Part shown: piece after piece, positions 11,250-23,347 of the stretch | Layout of the letters: every line of letters begins with the position of its first letter | Position numbering within the stretch: the first letter of the stretch is position 1 | Origin: Rhizodiscina lignyota | Lineage: Eukaryota | DNA: 64,000 nucleotides | NCBI GenBank assembly: GCA_010015805.1 | Contig: ML978125.1 | Span: 1 to 64,000 of the forward strand | Direction of reading: 5' to 3' | The notes under the pieces: model-generated | The model's database searches: none | Seen by the model: the letters and a program-made list of their open reading frames with translations, nothing else | What the model was told of the DNA's origin: nothing | Program-made: the position numbers and the translations under genes

Positions 11250-14200
11250 GCTAGAGGCCTACTTAGCTAGTACCTCTTCTATAGCTACGCCTAGTAGTTA
11301 TATAGCTCCTTATTACCTACTATCTTAGCTAGAGCTACTACTACTACTATCCTCTTTGTCTATAGTAGCCGCGCTACTATAGCTCTCCTCGCTACTTACG
11401 CGTTTATATTAAGGCTAATAATACTAATTAAATACTATATCCGCCCTCTACTCTTACTCTTCTTCCTTATACCTAATAGGCCCGACTACTTATCCGCGTA
11501 TAGGAGTAGCTAGTAGAACCTAAGTAGGTACTTATATAGGTACTAGTTAAATACCCTTCCTAGCTCTACCTCTCCTCTTTTACGCGGAAGGAGCTTAAGG
11601 CTAGCCCTTACTACGCTAAAAAGGGCATAGTACAACTTCCTCTCGTACGTACCTAAGTACGCGTAGCTATTATTGCCTCTACTAGGGCTAAGTAAGATAG
11701 TAGCAACGTTTAAAGGGTATAGGGTCCTAGTCTTATTGCCTAATATAAGGTAGAAGTCGTCGCGTATAATCTTAAACAGGTACTTATAGTAGAATAGCTA
11801 TAGGCCCTAGACCGCGCGCTTATAGTACTCCTCTAGTACCTACTTACAGGCTATGCTAATAACGTTAGCGCGGAGCTACTATAAGTAGATATACGCTAGC
11901 TAGCGTACTATACGTCCTACTATCTTCTCGTTACGCTAGTACTTTCTAGCCTACGATAGCGCTAGCTCCGCCTGTATACGCGCGTTAAAGAAGTCTTATA
12001 CGCGGCTACTACGCTAGAAGTACTTTCTATATAGTATGCTACTACTAAATAGCATATAGTCCGTTACGTTCGACTAGAAGGCTAGACTAGCCTACTTAAA
12101 CCGTAGCTCTAGCTAGTAGTAGCTATATTATAGTAGCGTATTATAGAAGCCTAGCCCTACCTATACTCTCTACTACCTATTCTACTTATCGCCTACTACC
12201 TACTTACAACGGCTCTACTATAGTAATAACTCCCTCCGTAGTTAGTAGCTACTAAGTACGAAGTAGAGGTAGTATAGGAATATAGTTATTATCTTCGTCT
12301 ATTCCTATAGTATTAACCTACTATAGTACTACGCTAGGACTATTTCGAAGCCGGCGGCGAACTTATTAGCGTAGTATTAGACGAAGCCTAGGTAGATATT
12401 AGTCCTAATTAGCTACGCGTATAGCGGGTAGTCTATAAGTAGGAGCTCTTTCTCTTACTACTACTACTACTACCGCTACTCCCTCTCCTCTTATAGCTAG
12501 GGGCCTTATATAGCCTTATAGAGCTTTAGGCGGTCGATAAGGCCCTAGAATAGCGACTAGCGTATCTAGTACTCTTCGCGGATACTAAAAGACTTTTACG
12601 TAGAGTCTTGAAGCGTAGTATTAGTATAGTGCTTACTAGCGTAGTACGTATCCCTTAGTATAGCTACGTCTCTAGAACGGCCTCTTATAGCGCTATAGGC
12701 CCCCTAAAGGACTACTAGGTCTATAGCTAGGTCCTTAAGGTCGCTATTAGCGAATAGCATCTACTTTATAGCGTCTTACACCTCTTTTACTAACGTGTAG
12801 AACTAGCTATAGATAAGGCCTCTCTAGTAGAGCTTAAAGCGTGCTAGTAGTACGCTTATAAGGCTATAGGCATTATAGAGCATGTTTAGCTTAAAGTACT
12901 ACTACCTACTAGTCCTAGTAGCTAGAAGGCGGCTATTATATATTTAGTACGTATAGCACTCTAGGTAGTACCGCTTCTAGTAGTATACCTACGCCTTATC
13001 GTCGATATACTACCGCTATAACTAAAGTAGGCTTACTTCTAGGCAGATCTCCTTCGCGAGGTCGATATAGAAGTAGTCCCTATATATAAAGGCGAGGTCG
13101 AGGGCGCGCTTAATATATGCCTTAAAGTAGCATATCGCGTCTAGTAGTATAGGCTATACCGCGCTTATTTTAAAGCGTAGCTTTATCCCCTTTATAGAGA
13201 AGAAGAGCTATAAATCGCGGAAGTTGCTAAGCTATAGCAAGCCTCTAATAGTATCCTAGATAGTAGCCTAAATGCGGTCGAGGTATAGTAGCTAGATATA
13301 GTAGCTAATACTCTACTACGTCTAGTACCCCTTCCCTCTTACGCTTTAGGCCTCTATCTAGTAGGCCTACGCGCTTACTCACGAGTACGCGGCGCTAGCG
13401 GGCAGGTACTAGACGTAGTGTATACTATAGTACTCGTAAACTACGGGAAGAAGGATATTATTAAGCTAAAGTAAGTACTAGCTACTAGTTAGCGACGTAA
13501 ACTTCCCCTCGTACGCGTACTATATATATAGGAACAGTATATACACGGTAATCTTATCTACGCTAGATACGCGGCTAAGCTAGAAGTAGGGGACGTTACG
13601 GAGTATAGTAAGATAGGACTATAGAGCGTAGGTAGTATTATACTCGTCCTACTACCCTATAAATACAAGCGTCTTTAAATAGATATTAGTAGTAATATTC
13701 TGCGTTAGTATTAGTACTAGCTATAGTAGAAGCCTACTACGGGCTATAGTAAGGCTACTACTAAATCCTAGGAAGCTATTAATGTTAAAGGCAACCTAGG
13801 CGCCGATAGCGCGTATCTCCTCTACGTATAGGTAGACGCGCGCTAAGAGGGCTAGACGGCGCTAGCTACGTCTTTAGCAGATCTACTAGAGGCCTACGAG
13901 CTGCTACTACTAGTCCTATTATAATATAATGCTATAGAAGGTAGCCTGCTACTATACTTCTATTAGCTGCTCCTACTACGCGAGGCGGTCTAGCGTAATA
14001 ATATCGGGTAGTAAGAGTATATTAAGAAAGGCCCTATCGTTAGATAGGTCCCTTAGGCTATAGTACTTACTATTAACAGCTACTACTACTACTTCGTGCT
14101 TATAGCGCTTATCTACGTACTCCTCTTCTATATAGCTATAGAAGCTATATTATAGCTAGTTATATAGCTTTTAGACTGTATAATCGTATATTAGGAGCTC

Positions 14201-15395
14201 CTTATCCCCCTCCTCTTCTCCTCTCTCCTATATACTACCTACTAGTATACTAAGATCCGCGCTTAACGCTACGTCTATAGCGTCTATAGCTACTATAACT
14301 ACTACTACTATACTAATATTAGCATCTTAACCTAAAGCTACGTCTACTACTACTACCCTAGGATCTTCCGCTAGTACTACTAGCCCTACTACTACTATAA
14401 CCTATACTATATCTACTACTATACCCTATTTATCTACTACGCGTATATTAAGGTCTATATCTACTAGTATATTATTAGTACTTAGTACGTCTACTACGCT
14501 TAATACGTCTAATATCCTAGTTTATAGTAGGCTAGTAGAGCTAGTAACTTTAGTAGTAGGGGGAGGGCGCTATAGCGTGTAGGGTATAGTTAGGATAGTA
14601 AGGTTTAGTTAACGCGAAGGTAGGTTAGGTAGAAGAGAGATCTATAGCGTAAAGAGGATACTAGTAGCTATACTTATAGCTATACTTATAGCTAGTAGTA
14701 GTAATAGTACTAGTAGTAGTACTAGTAGTAGTACTAGTAGTAGTACTAGTAGTATAGTAGACGAGGACGCTATAGTAGGTAAGAGGGCTTAGAAGAACTA
14801 GTAGATACTATGCTATCCTACTATTAGTAGGGACTTTAACTTTAACTTTAACTTTAGCCTTAACTTTAACTTTAGCCTTAGCTTTTCCCTAGCTTTAGCT
14901 CTAGTCTTAGTTCTAATAGGCCTACGCGCTACTACTACTTCTAAGTATAGTAGGTTTAGGTAAGTAGAGAGGTACGTTTATACTATTGCTATTATTGCTA
15001 CTACTACTACTACTACTACTACTTCTTCCTCTACTACTATTATTAATAACGACAGTAATAATAATAATAGCAATAGCTACTATTACTAGTATAGCTAGCT
15101 ATACTCCTCTACCTCCTCTACCTCTTTCCTCCTATCCTACTACTACTACTCCTACGTATTAAGGCTAAGGCTAAGGCCTTATAGCTACTAGCTAACGCTA
15201 GTAATACTACTAAGTATACATATAGCGTCTAGTTCGTTAAATAGGCGCTTAGCGATAGTATTAGCCTACTATAACTACTCTATAGTCTAGTATAGCTATT
15301 ACGCCTCCTCCTCCTATTATAGCTCCCTCTTCTCCTTCTAGCGCGCCTAGTACCGCTATACACGCTCTATAATACCCTTATACAGACTAAGGGCA
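11250..15395 (-). pseudogene. RIP-inactivated large ORF of an uncharacterised fungal repeat-associated family
   Basis: RIP-reverted motifs in order: ERV.RY.ARQKE; low-complexity linker; GFHGC.EEEH; FDIDSFLGFSSSLAVAR; LRDVPHF.LGRV; YVQHLPAS; DFRDLQLFFSAKGTKL; FYIDLAKEIC; GGLIYSQFY.SVKE; SFGIREEHRI; GLGF.NTL..YGYCWLEPR; HWLLPY...RMWYSI. Ends are approximate. Confidence 0.7.
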
Positions 15396-15690
15396 TATAG
15401 GTTAGTAGTATTAGTTAATAGGAGCTATCCCCTCTTAGGGCCTAAGGCTAGTAGCGCTACTACTAGTACTAGTACTAGTAGTAGTAGTAGTAGTAGTACT
15501 AGTAGTAGTACTATCTCTCCTCTTATAGCTACCCTACTCCCCTCCTACCCTCTATATATATAGTATCTCTAACCCTCTATCTATCTATAGCGTATAGCGT
15601 AATAAAAGAGATAGTAGAGGATAAGCGATTAAAGAGAGGAGAGAGAGGATAGGAGATAGGTAGATAGCTACTACTACTACTACTATACTT

Positions 15691-16390
15691 ATTATATAGG
15701 TATTATAATCTAAAATTAGATTAGAGCGCCTACCCCTACTACCCTACTCTATAAGTAGTATAGTAGTAGTATTATAGTAGTAGTAGTAGTAGTAATAAGC
15801 GATAGAAGGCTAAGAAATACTATATTAAAATTAGAGAGGAAAGCGGAAGAGGGCGTAGAGTAGCTACTTATACCTTTATTTCCGCTCTATTAACGCTACG
15901 CGCGCGTACTAGCGAGACTTTACGCTCTACTATAGCGCTTATTACGTAGGCGTTACAATTTAGCGCTAGCCCTCCGCCCTTTTACTCTACAAGCAGCGAA
16001 AGTAGCGCTAGGCGGCGCGAGGCCTTAAATAGAGCGAGAATAAAAGCGTACGCAGCTACTCTACGCCCTCCCCTACTCTTCTCTCTAATTATTATATAGT
16101 ATATACTATCTCTCTCGCGCGCGCGCGCGTAGCGAGCTACACTCTTAACCCTAGCTTATAGTTACGTAGGTATTATAATTTAGCGCTAGACCTCTACCCT
16201 AAAAGTAGCGCTAGGCGGCGCGAGGCCTTAGATAGAGCGAGAATTAAAGGCGCACATAGCTACTCTACACCCTCCCCTACTCTTCTCTCTAATTATTATA
16301 TAGTATATACTATCTCTCTCGCGCGCGCGCGCGTAGCGAGCTGTACTCTCGTCTCGACCCCTAGCTCGTAGTCACGTAGGTATTACAATT
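15691..16390. repeat. Iterated terminal repeats: ~210-220-bp direct repeats, ~75-bp inverted repeat and a 20-bp motif in four copies
   Basis: About 15999-16180 matches about 16202-16390. About 15818-15891 is the reverse complement of about 16028-16101. GTCACGTAGGTATTACAATT variants at 15691, 15941, 16161 and 16371. Confidence 0.85.
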
Positions 16391-17866
16391 CACCCCTACG
16401 CCTCGCCCTCTCCGCCGGCGACCTCTCCAACTTTGCCATACTTACTATACTACCACGCCGCGAGCTATTTAGTAAACAAGACCTACCCTCTACTGCCTGT
16501 GCCCGCCGCTCGCCGTCCCGCTCTTTTTTTCCCCTATTTAGGCCCGCCGCGCGCCTGAGCCCTAAGCCGAATCCGAGCCATAGAAAAGGGGCGGAGAGAT
16601 CGATGCCGGATAGAGTAAATCCGGCTCAGCTCATTAAATCCGCGCGTCCGATATCTCTCATCCTTCATAATATCTCTCATTACTGCCTCTCTGAAGAGCC
16701 CTCATAGCACGTCCAGTCTAATGTCTGGGCATCACGTCTGTTTGACAGCTTTATCTCTCCGTCTTTGCTTCGTTTGAGCAGATTTGGCAACTTTGCGCGA
16801 AGCTCTGTTCCTTGATCGCGGTGGAGTTCCGGTGGAGCTCCGGTGGACTTCCCCGGATTAGTTCTTTCTTCTCTCGTCACAATTGTGGTCAACTCAATCT
16901 AGATCCTTGTTCAAGGGCTTAACAACAACTTGGGTCATTCATTAATCGGCAATCCTCGGCGGATTCGGCTCTGATTCGGTCGTATACGGTGCTCAGCCGA
17001 CAGGTTCTGATTCAGGACTCCTTGGACAATCTTGGTTCATGATAGCGAATACCTATGCAGCGACCAAAGAAGTTGAAGCTTGTCCTGGGCATGCCCTGAT
17101 TCAAGTCTGAGTCAACATGCTCTACATTGCAACCTTGTTGGTTGTAAAGCCCAAGACACCATCCAAGACACTATCAGCAAGAAAACGGAAGAGAGCCTCA
17201 TCTCGCTGACCAGAACTCATTCCTGTCCGTATACCCAATCCGTCGGTAGAAACCAATGCATGGCTTTTCGGTCCACAGCATCTTGCATATGAAAGTCTTG
17301 TTGGTGCCCAGGGAAGTATTTCCAAATCGTTCCCATCTTTCTCGTCGTGTCTTTGCTATTCGTTCCATTTCCCCAATTTCTTCTCGCTTGTCTGTGGGTC
17401 TAGACTCTAGACTGGTTTGAGCCTTGCGGCCGCCCGGGGACCGTAGCCCAGATTCTCGGTAAATGTACACCATTACAACTTGATAACCATTGGATGGAAG
17501 AGCTAGGGCAAATTGTCAACCTTAAATGATCCTTCCCGGACACGCTAACATGAGTGGACCGCCCCACTTCTCCACACGCCGCAAAATTAGCTCAAACCTG
17601 ACTCGCCAACCCCAGAGTTCTCCGCGGGCATGGTTCTAGGCTTATTGGCAGTGGTTCGACCTCATCTTAACAGCTTGTTACCTCAAGCCACGTCTTATCG
17701 TCCTCATCCCCTCCTTTGTGGCTTACCATACCCTCGGTTGTCTCTGGGAAGGATCGGGAAATTGAAATAGAACGATATAAGAGAGTGTGTATCCCTCAAT
17801 GTAATCGTTCTACAAGGATCGAATTCTTCTCGCGCGATAACTAGGCCTTCCAAATCTCATGCAGTC

Positions 17867-19697
17867 ATGGGGCGGCTAATCCCAAATGTCTTCAATCTCC
17901 TTGTGGTCATTTACGTGGCCCTTGGATCAACCGCTTGTTCATATGGCATGGCAATTATTGGGTACAGTGCTTCCAGTCGGAGACCGACGTTTGGCTGATC
18001 GGATACCAGCTCCACCATTGGACAGCCCAGTTTCTTTAAATCTTTAGGTCTTGCAATGCAAGGCGAACCTGGATATTCTCGTACTGCCAGTTTCGTTGGT
18101 GGCTTCAATGGTGAGTTGATGACTTGTTGTGCGATGACTACGAATCGTGGGATTCGCTGACAGATTACAAGGTGTCAATTCTGCTGGTTCTGCAATCGGT
18201 TGTGCCATCTGCTCGTATTGCGCCGACAAGTTCGGTCGAAAGCGAACGATTCAAGTCGCTGCGGTTGTCCTCATCATCGGTGCTGCTCTCTGCGCAGGCT
18301 CGGTCGATAATGGCATGTTCCTTGTTGGTCGATTTGTCAATGGTCTCGGCATTGGTGCGCTTGTTGCCGCAATTCCAATGTACCAAGCCGAAGTCTCGAC
18401 ACCAGAATCTCGTGGATTTATGGTTTCTATGCATGTAAGTCTGGCAACTCCGCTCATTACGAGAGATGCTGATCGTATACAGGGTGTCATGTTTGCCATG
18501 GGCTATACTCTCTCAGCGTGGATTGGCTTTGGCGTGTACTTTATTACCGCCAGTGGCTCCACCTCTACCTTTCCATGGCGCTTCCCCATTGCCTTCCAGA
18601 TGGTTCCGGCGATTCTTCTCCTCATCGGCTCACCATGGCTACCGTTCAGTCCTCGCTGGCTCATGATGCAGGGTCGCCATGAAGAGGCTCACAACGTTTT
18701 AATGCGGCTGCATCGGGACAAGAACGATCCTCATGATACCACGGCACGAAAGGAGTATTATCAGATGAAGAAGCAAGTCGAGTTTGACCGGCAGATTAAG
18801 TCTACTACATCCAAGTTTGAACTCTTCAAGACGGGACCGAACCGGCGCCGTGCTCTTGTTGGCTTTGTGCTCATGTGGAACAATCAATTCACCGGTGTTC
18901 TCATCATTGCCAATTACGGAGTCATCCTGTACACGTCTCTGGGAATGACTGGATTCATGCCGTTGCTGCTTAGCTCGCTTTGGGTTACCTCGACCTTTCC
19001 CGGCAACATTTTCTGCGCATTCTTTGTAGAGAAATTTGGACGGCGAAAATTCTTGCTCACTGGTCTGTGTGGGATCCTTGTTGCTTTGATTTGCGAGACG
19101 GCACTTCAAGCGACGTACCTCGGAGGGACGAACAGGGCTGGACAGAATGCAGCCATCTTCTTCATCTTCCTCTTCATCACGCCGTTCTGGAGCACATTCA
19201 TCGACGCCAGTCAATTCCTCTACGTGTAAGTTTAGTCCTCCCCGAAATTCAGTTGCACTGACGTTTCATTTCCTCGTAGATCTGAAATCTTCCCAACCCA
19301 CATCCGCGCTCAAGGTACAGCCTTTAGTATGATGGGACTCTACCTTGCTGACATTATCGTCCTCGTCGCTGGTCCAATTGCGCTTAACAACATTCAGTGG
19401 AAGTTCTTCTTCGTTTTGATTATCCCGACCGCATTTCATATCGTCTTTGTCTATTTTATGTGTCCCGAGACGAAAGGCCGCTCGCTTGAGGATATCAACA
19501 CTCAGTTTGGAGAACAGGTTGCCATTCACTACTACGGCGCGAATGAGCAAGAGAAGCATGAGTTTGAGATGGCCATTGAGGAGGATGAGAAGCATGATGC
19601 GACGCATGATCATGATCGCCTTGATCCCATTGATATCACAAAGGCGCCGGATCAGACAACGCATGTCGAGGATGTGACGGAGAAGCGTGAAGTCTGA
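17867..19697 (+). CDS. MFS sugar porter (5 exons)
   Basis: ATG at 17867 (MGRLIPNVFN...). DKFGRK, GRFVNGLG, PMYQAEVS..ESRG, PFSPRWL, NQFTG and PETKGRSLE motifs. GT-AG introns at about 17963-18009, 18111-18171, 18435-18482 and 19226-19279. Confidence 0.92.
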
Positions 19698-20433
19698 AGT
19701 CTTCAGGTTTCGGAAATGGGTCGGCCAACTGTGAATCACATTTCGGCCATCTTGTACGGTACTCTGAGATACAAGACAACGAGCTCCTCGTTCCTCCATC
19801 GTTTTATTCGATAGTTATGAGGTGATTTCAACTCATTGAGATTGTTCGTTCAATCTCTTCTGTACCATCAACAGGGACTAAAGAACTCCAATTTAGAACC
19901 GGTGGAACGGATGAAAGAAGAGGTGACGTTAGATTAAGATATCTTGCAGTTAGAACGTGCACAGGGTAGGTCGCGCTCTTGCATCGCAGCATCTCGTCGA
20001 TCTGCATCAGGCAAAGGGGCCGACAACCCGAACGACAAGGGTTGTTTCCCACGGAATACTTCCACGGAACACCACGGAACACTCTGACAGAAACCAATCA
20101 TTGGGATTTCATTTTCACCAATAAAGCCTTGGAGGAAATACCCTCAAATCATCCCATTCCATTAAATTTGTTGTGGGTGTTGAGACTCACGAGAGAAGTC
20201 AGTTGCGAACGAGAATGAGACGATCCCATTTCACTCGTCCAAATGAACCTGAGCAATGCCACTTCAGCAGTCAAGCTTAGAGTTATTCAAAAGTTCTCTG
20301 TATATATGAGGATGCTGCAACTTAACCGCACTTCTGCGGATATAAGTGAAACGACCGGATAAGATGGAATCATCAACCCTCTGTGCATTACAGCAATTAG
20401 TGTCTATGAGAGTGGTCCACGGCTCCAAGCTGA

Positions 20434-21723
20434 TCATATTTTACTCTGTTTCTTCCTTGGATCTCCTCCCATCATTTCTTTCCACTTTTCACTCACATCC
20501 TGCTTCTCTCTTAAGCTCTTCTTCGACCACATGGCTCTCCATTCATCATCTTCTCTTCTCCATCTCCCCAATTCGCCCTCACCACCATCCAACCACTCTG
20601 CGCATGCTTCAGCAGTCCTCGTGCTCGCTTCCATTGGAATCAAATGTCCAATATCCTCGAACGTCACGCCTTTCACTCTTCCGAGCCCCGCACCACCACT
20701 CCCTCCAACGCCGATACCAGTATATTCCAACTTCATCTTGTTTGTCACCGGTGAGGAAGTGTCCGACAGGCCACCAAAGATATAGAGAACAGATGGTCTA
20801 ACTTCAGGTAAACGCGCCAAAGTACGAGGTCCTTCAGAGCGATAGAACGGATATGTGTGCTTTTGATCTGGGTCAAGATCAGGATGTGTCGATCTGTTCG
20901 GCGGCTTCCCAGTCTTCTGGCCATACCCTTCAAAGTTCGGTCGCAGGAATGTGTGCACCTCATGTGCAATCGCTGTTGTGAGTGTGACTTGCGGCGACTT
21001 GTTTGCTGTCTGTGTTTCAGGATGAAGCAGCGTTGGAAGTTCCCGCAGTCCGTATTTAACCCAGCGATCAAAGACTCGTTTATCCCAGCTTTGATAGAAA
21101 GGACTCTTTGCAAATGATTTGGCAGCGTCCTCTCGTGAAGGCCAGACATCTCGCCGAAATGTTGAAAGCCGTGCAATACTTGGTTTTGCATCCTCGGGAT
21201 TGAACTCCGCAGAAGACTTTTGAATAACCGGGTCGATTAGTATCAATCCAGCGAAAAGCCGTGGACTCCATAGTGCCACATTGACTAAGTTGTTTCCGCC
21301 CATACTGTGACCAATTCCGACGAGCGGTCGCGACATCTCTTCTCTCTTCAGATTGATCATGTGCATCAGATCCCTCGGATGATCAAACCAACCTGGATCA
21401 TTGCCTAGTAACTGCTCATTCAACACACTACTCTGGCCCTGATGAGCCACATCCGCTATCCATATCGATCGTATCCGGAAGTTGTGCTTCTTTGCCAGAG
21501 TCAAGAGATCTTCCCAAAGCGGCTCGTACAGCTCCTTCGGAAAGCCATTCGCGTGAGCTCCAATTATCGTGACATCGCCAGGTTTTGGATTTGGATTGTC
21601 CAGAGGAATGTACTGTTTCACTGCGAGATGCAGCACATCTTCTTGATCACCAGCGAGTGCGCCGGGGAACTCGCGAACGTACGAGCAGGGAATTTGATGC
21701 TCGACGATGCGGAAGCCCGACAT
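20434..21723 (-). CDS. Alpha/beta hydrolase (MpaH/Lpx1-like) with PTS1-like C-terminus
   Basis: HANGFPKELYEPLW, GHSMG nucleophile elbow, GHLIPME and C-terminal SKI. Likely start MSGFRIVEH at 21723. Confidence 0.88.
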   Translation of the reverse strand: MSGFRIVEHQIPCSYVREFPGALAGDQEDVLHLAVKQYIPLDNPNPKPGDVTIIGAHANGFPKELYEPLWEDLLTLAKKHNFRIRSIWIADVAHQGQSSVLNEQLLGNDPGWFDHPRDLMHMINLKREEMSRPLVGIGHSMGGNNLVNVALWSPRLFAGLILIDPVIQKSSAEFNPEDAKPSIARLSTFRRDVWPSREDAAKSFAKSPFYQSWDKRVFDRWVKYGLRELPTLLHPETQTANKSPQVTLTTAIAHEVHTFLRPNFEGYGQKTGKPPNRSTHPDLDPDQKHTYPFYRSEGPRTLARLPEVRPSVLYIFGGLSDTSSPVTNKMKLEYTGIGVGGSGGAGLGRVKGVTFEDIGHLIPMEASTRTAEACAEWLDGGEGELGRWRREDDEWRAMWSKKSLREKQDVSEKWKEMMGGDPRKKQSKI

Positions 21724-22354
21724 GTTGGACTGGCAACTCGAAGTCTGGCAGAGCAGCACCTCAGACGTCGCGAACACACTGAAGACTTTGATGAAATTTA
21801 CAGATCGATGAAAGGAAATACATATTGAAATGCAGCTCAGTCGTGAAGATTTGTCGGCGTTCCAACCTCGGCTTCTCGCTCGAATCGGCAAGGCGCGGCG
21901 AACATCCACCAAATTGCCGATGATCCGAAACTTTACTCCTCATGTTGATGAAAAGAGTTCAAAGTGATGATGGAGGTAAAGAACTCTCCGGTATGTCCGA
22001 GCATGCTTCATCAATCAGAGGTATCCCCAATTTCGGGATCTCCATAGGATACCGTGGTTAACGTGGCTTAATTTCGCCGCACGGAGAATTAGGAACTACT
22101 TCAACGACTAGATTTCCGTCTTCGGCATGCAAAATCTTTTACAGACATAGAATTTTTATTTCCATGATTCTAGTCGGATATTGAAATGGCTGCCATTGCA
22201 TGATTTACCAACTCTTCAGAGTTGCGAAGCGCTTCCCGCATTCTGGGCTTCATTCGACTTTGCATTACGCAAACTGTACTTGACTCAATTGCTGCAATTT
22301 ATACGAACAGTTAATTGCTGATACAGAGGATTAATTCTGTTGTTGCGTAAGGAA

Positions 22355-22861
22355 TCAGTTCTCTCCGCGGCTGGGAGTATCCACCTCTTCCAGCAAGACG
22401 CCTTTCTCTTTCAACAAATTCACCGCCTGATCCACCCAAACCATACATTGATTGTTCCTGCTTGGTTCAGGAACATCATCACAGACTTGTCTGAACTTGC
22501 CACCGACACCTAGGCCCAACGGCTTGACCACGTCTTCGCTGTGCAACTCATCACCAGCCTCCTCTTGAATTGCAGCCTCATCTTCACCTGCGCCAAAGTA
22601 GTCCTGGACCCTCACAACACCTAGCGGTTCTCTGGCGACGAACGGCCACCGCTTTGAGTCTTCCGGTCGAGCATTATAACGGTATTCTCTCATCATTGGT
22701 CGGTCATCAGAACCGACAGAGCCGTTCATGTGGTAGGTATGACCTGTACCGAGACTTGGGCTGTCTGTTTCGACAAAGATTGTATGGTGTATGAATGGTG
22801 GAGAAGATGTCATGACTCTAAAAACGGGGAACCATTCACGAGAGGTCGAAGAGTTAGACAT
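22355..22861 (-). CDS. Small conserved fungal protein (DUF6540-like)
   Basis: HHTIFVET..G.GHTYH.NGS...M..EY...PEDS and C..WV..A...L...GVL pattern. Single exon with ATG. Confidence 0.65.
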   Translation of the reverse strand: MSNSSTSREWFPVFRVMTSSPPFIHHTIFVETDSPSLGTGHTYHMNGSVGSDDRPMMREYRYNARPEDSKRWPFVAREPLGVVRVQDYFGAGEDEAAIQEEAGDELHSEDVVKPLGLGVGGKFRQVCDDVPEPSRNNQCMVWVDQAVNLLKEKGVLLEEVDTPSRGEN

Positions 22862-23347
22862 CCTTCCTCAGATCGGAATTGGCATCAACTGTAAGCCTGA
22901 AAGTGTGCGGATGGAAGATAGATCTGTTTGTTGCAGGTCTGGAGACAGTCAATCTAATCAAAAGGTCGAAAGACTTTTCTTGGTACGGCTTCTGGCAACT
23001 GCTTTGAAAGTGGAAAACGTCCAGCGGTTTAAAATGCCTTCGTTGGAGTCGCTCTTATATTAGGCCGCGGCGGTGTCTCATTCAGGAAATGTACTCCGTA
23101 GAGTCTGCTCCGCCAATAATCCAAGCAGCAGCGTGACTCTTCAAGATGCGCAAACAGTTTCTCACCTCCATCTCACTAAACAATGTCCGAGATTCCCATC
23201 TCCACCTCTGCTTGCAGCTTCAAATTGGCCAAGTCAAGCGCGCCAAACATGCGTTCGCACGTGATACTCAATCAACGGTTCTATTATTCGTAGAATCCGT
23301 TCAAACACTTCCGTATATAGTTAACCTTCAATCATGTCTATTTGAAG

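Larger units (their letters stand above)
9208..16390 (-). mobile_element. Second RIP-degraded element of unclassified type
   Basis: Fully RIP-mutated, so it was multi-copy. Unrelated to the TLH copies. Contains a long minus-strand relic ORF, internal tandem repeats and iterated repeats at the right end. Boundaries are approximate. Confidence 0.6.
1..16400. repeat. RIP-mutated repeat block (probably subtelomeric or heterochromatic)
   Basis: Strong TpA excess and near absence of CpA/TpG. Aligned copies differ mostly by C>T/G>A transitions. No long intact ORFs. Composition returns to normal at about 16.4-16.7 kb. Confidence 0.95.

Noticed and set aside
14690..15830. (TAG)n/(TAC)n runs and TTAACT/TTAGCC hexamers as microsatellites or telomere variants
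   Set aside because: Best explained as RIP-converted low-complexity codon runs and flanks of the relic ORF.
17620..17670. GGTTCGA as a tRNA T-loop
   Set aside because: No cloverleaf or A-box could be built around it.
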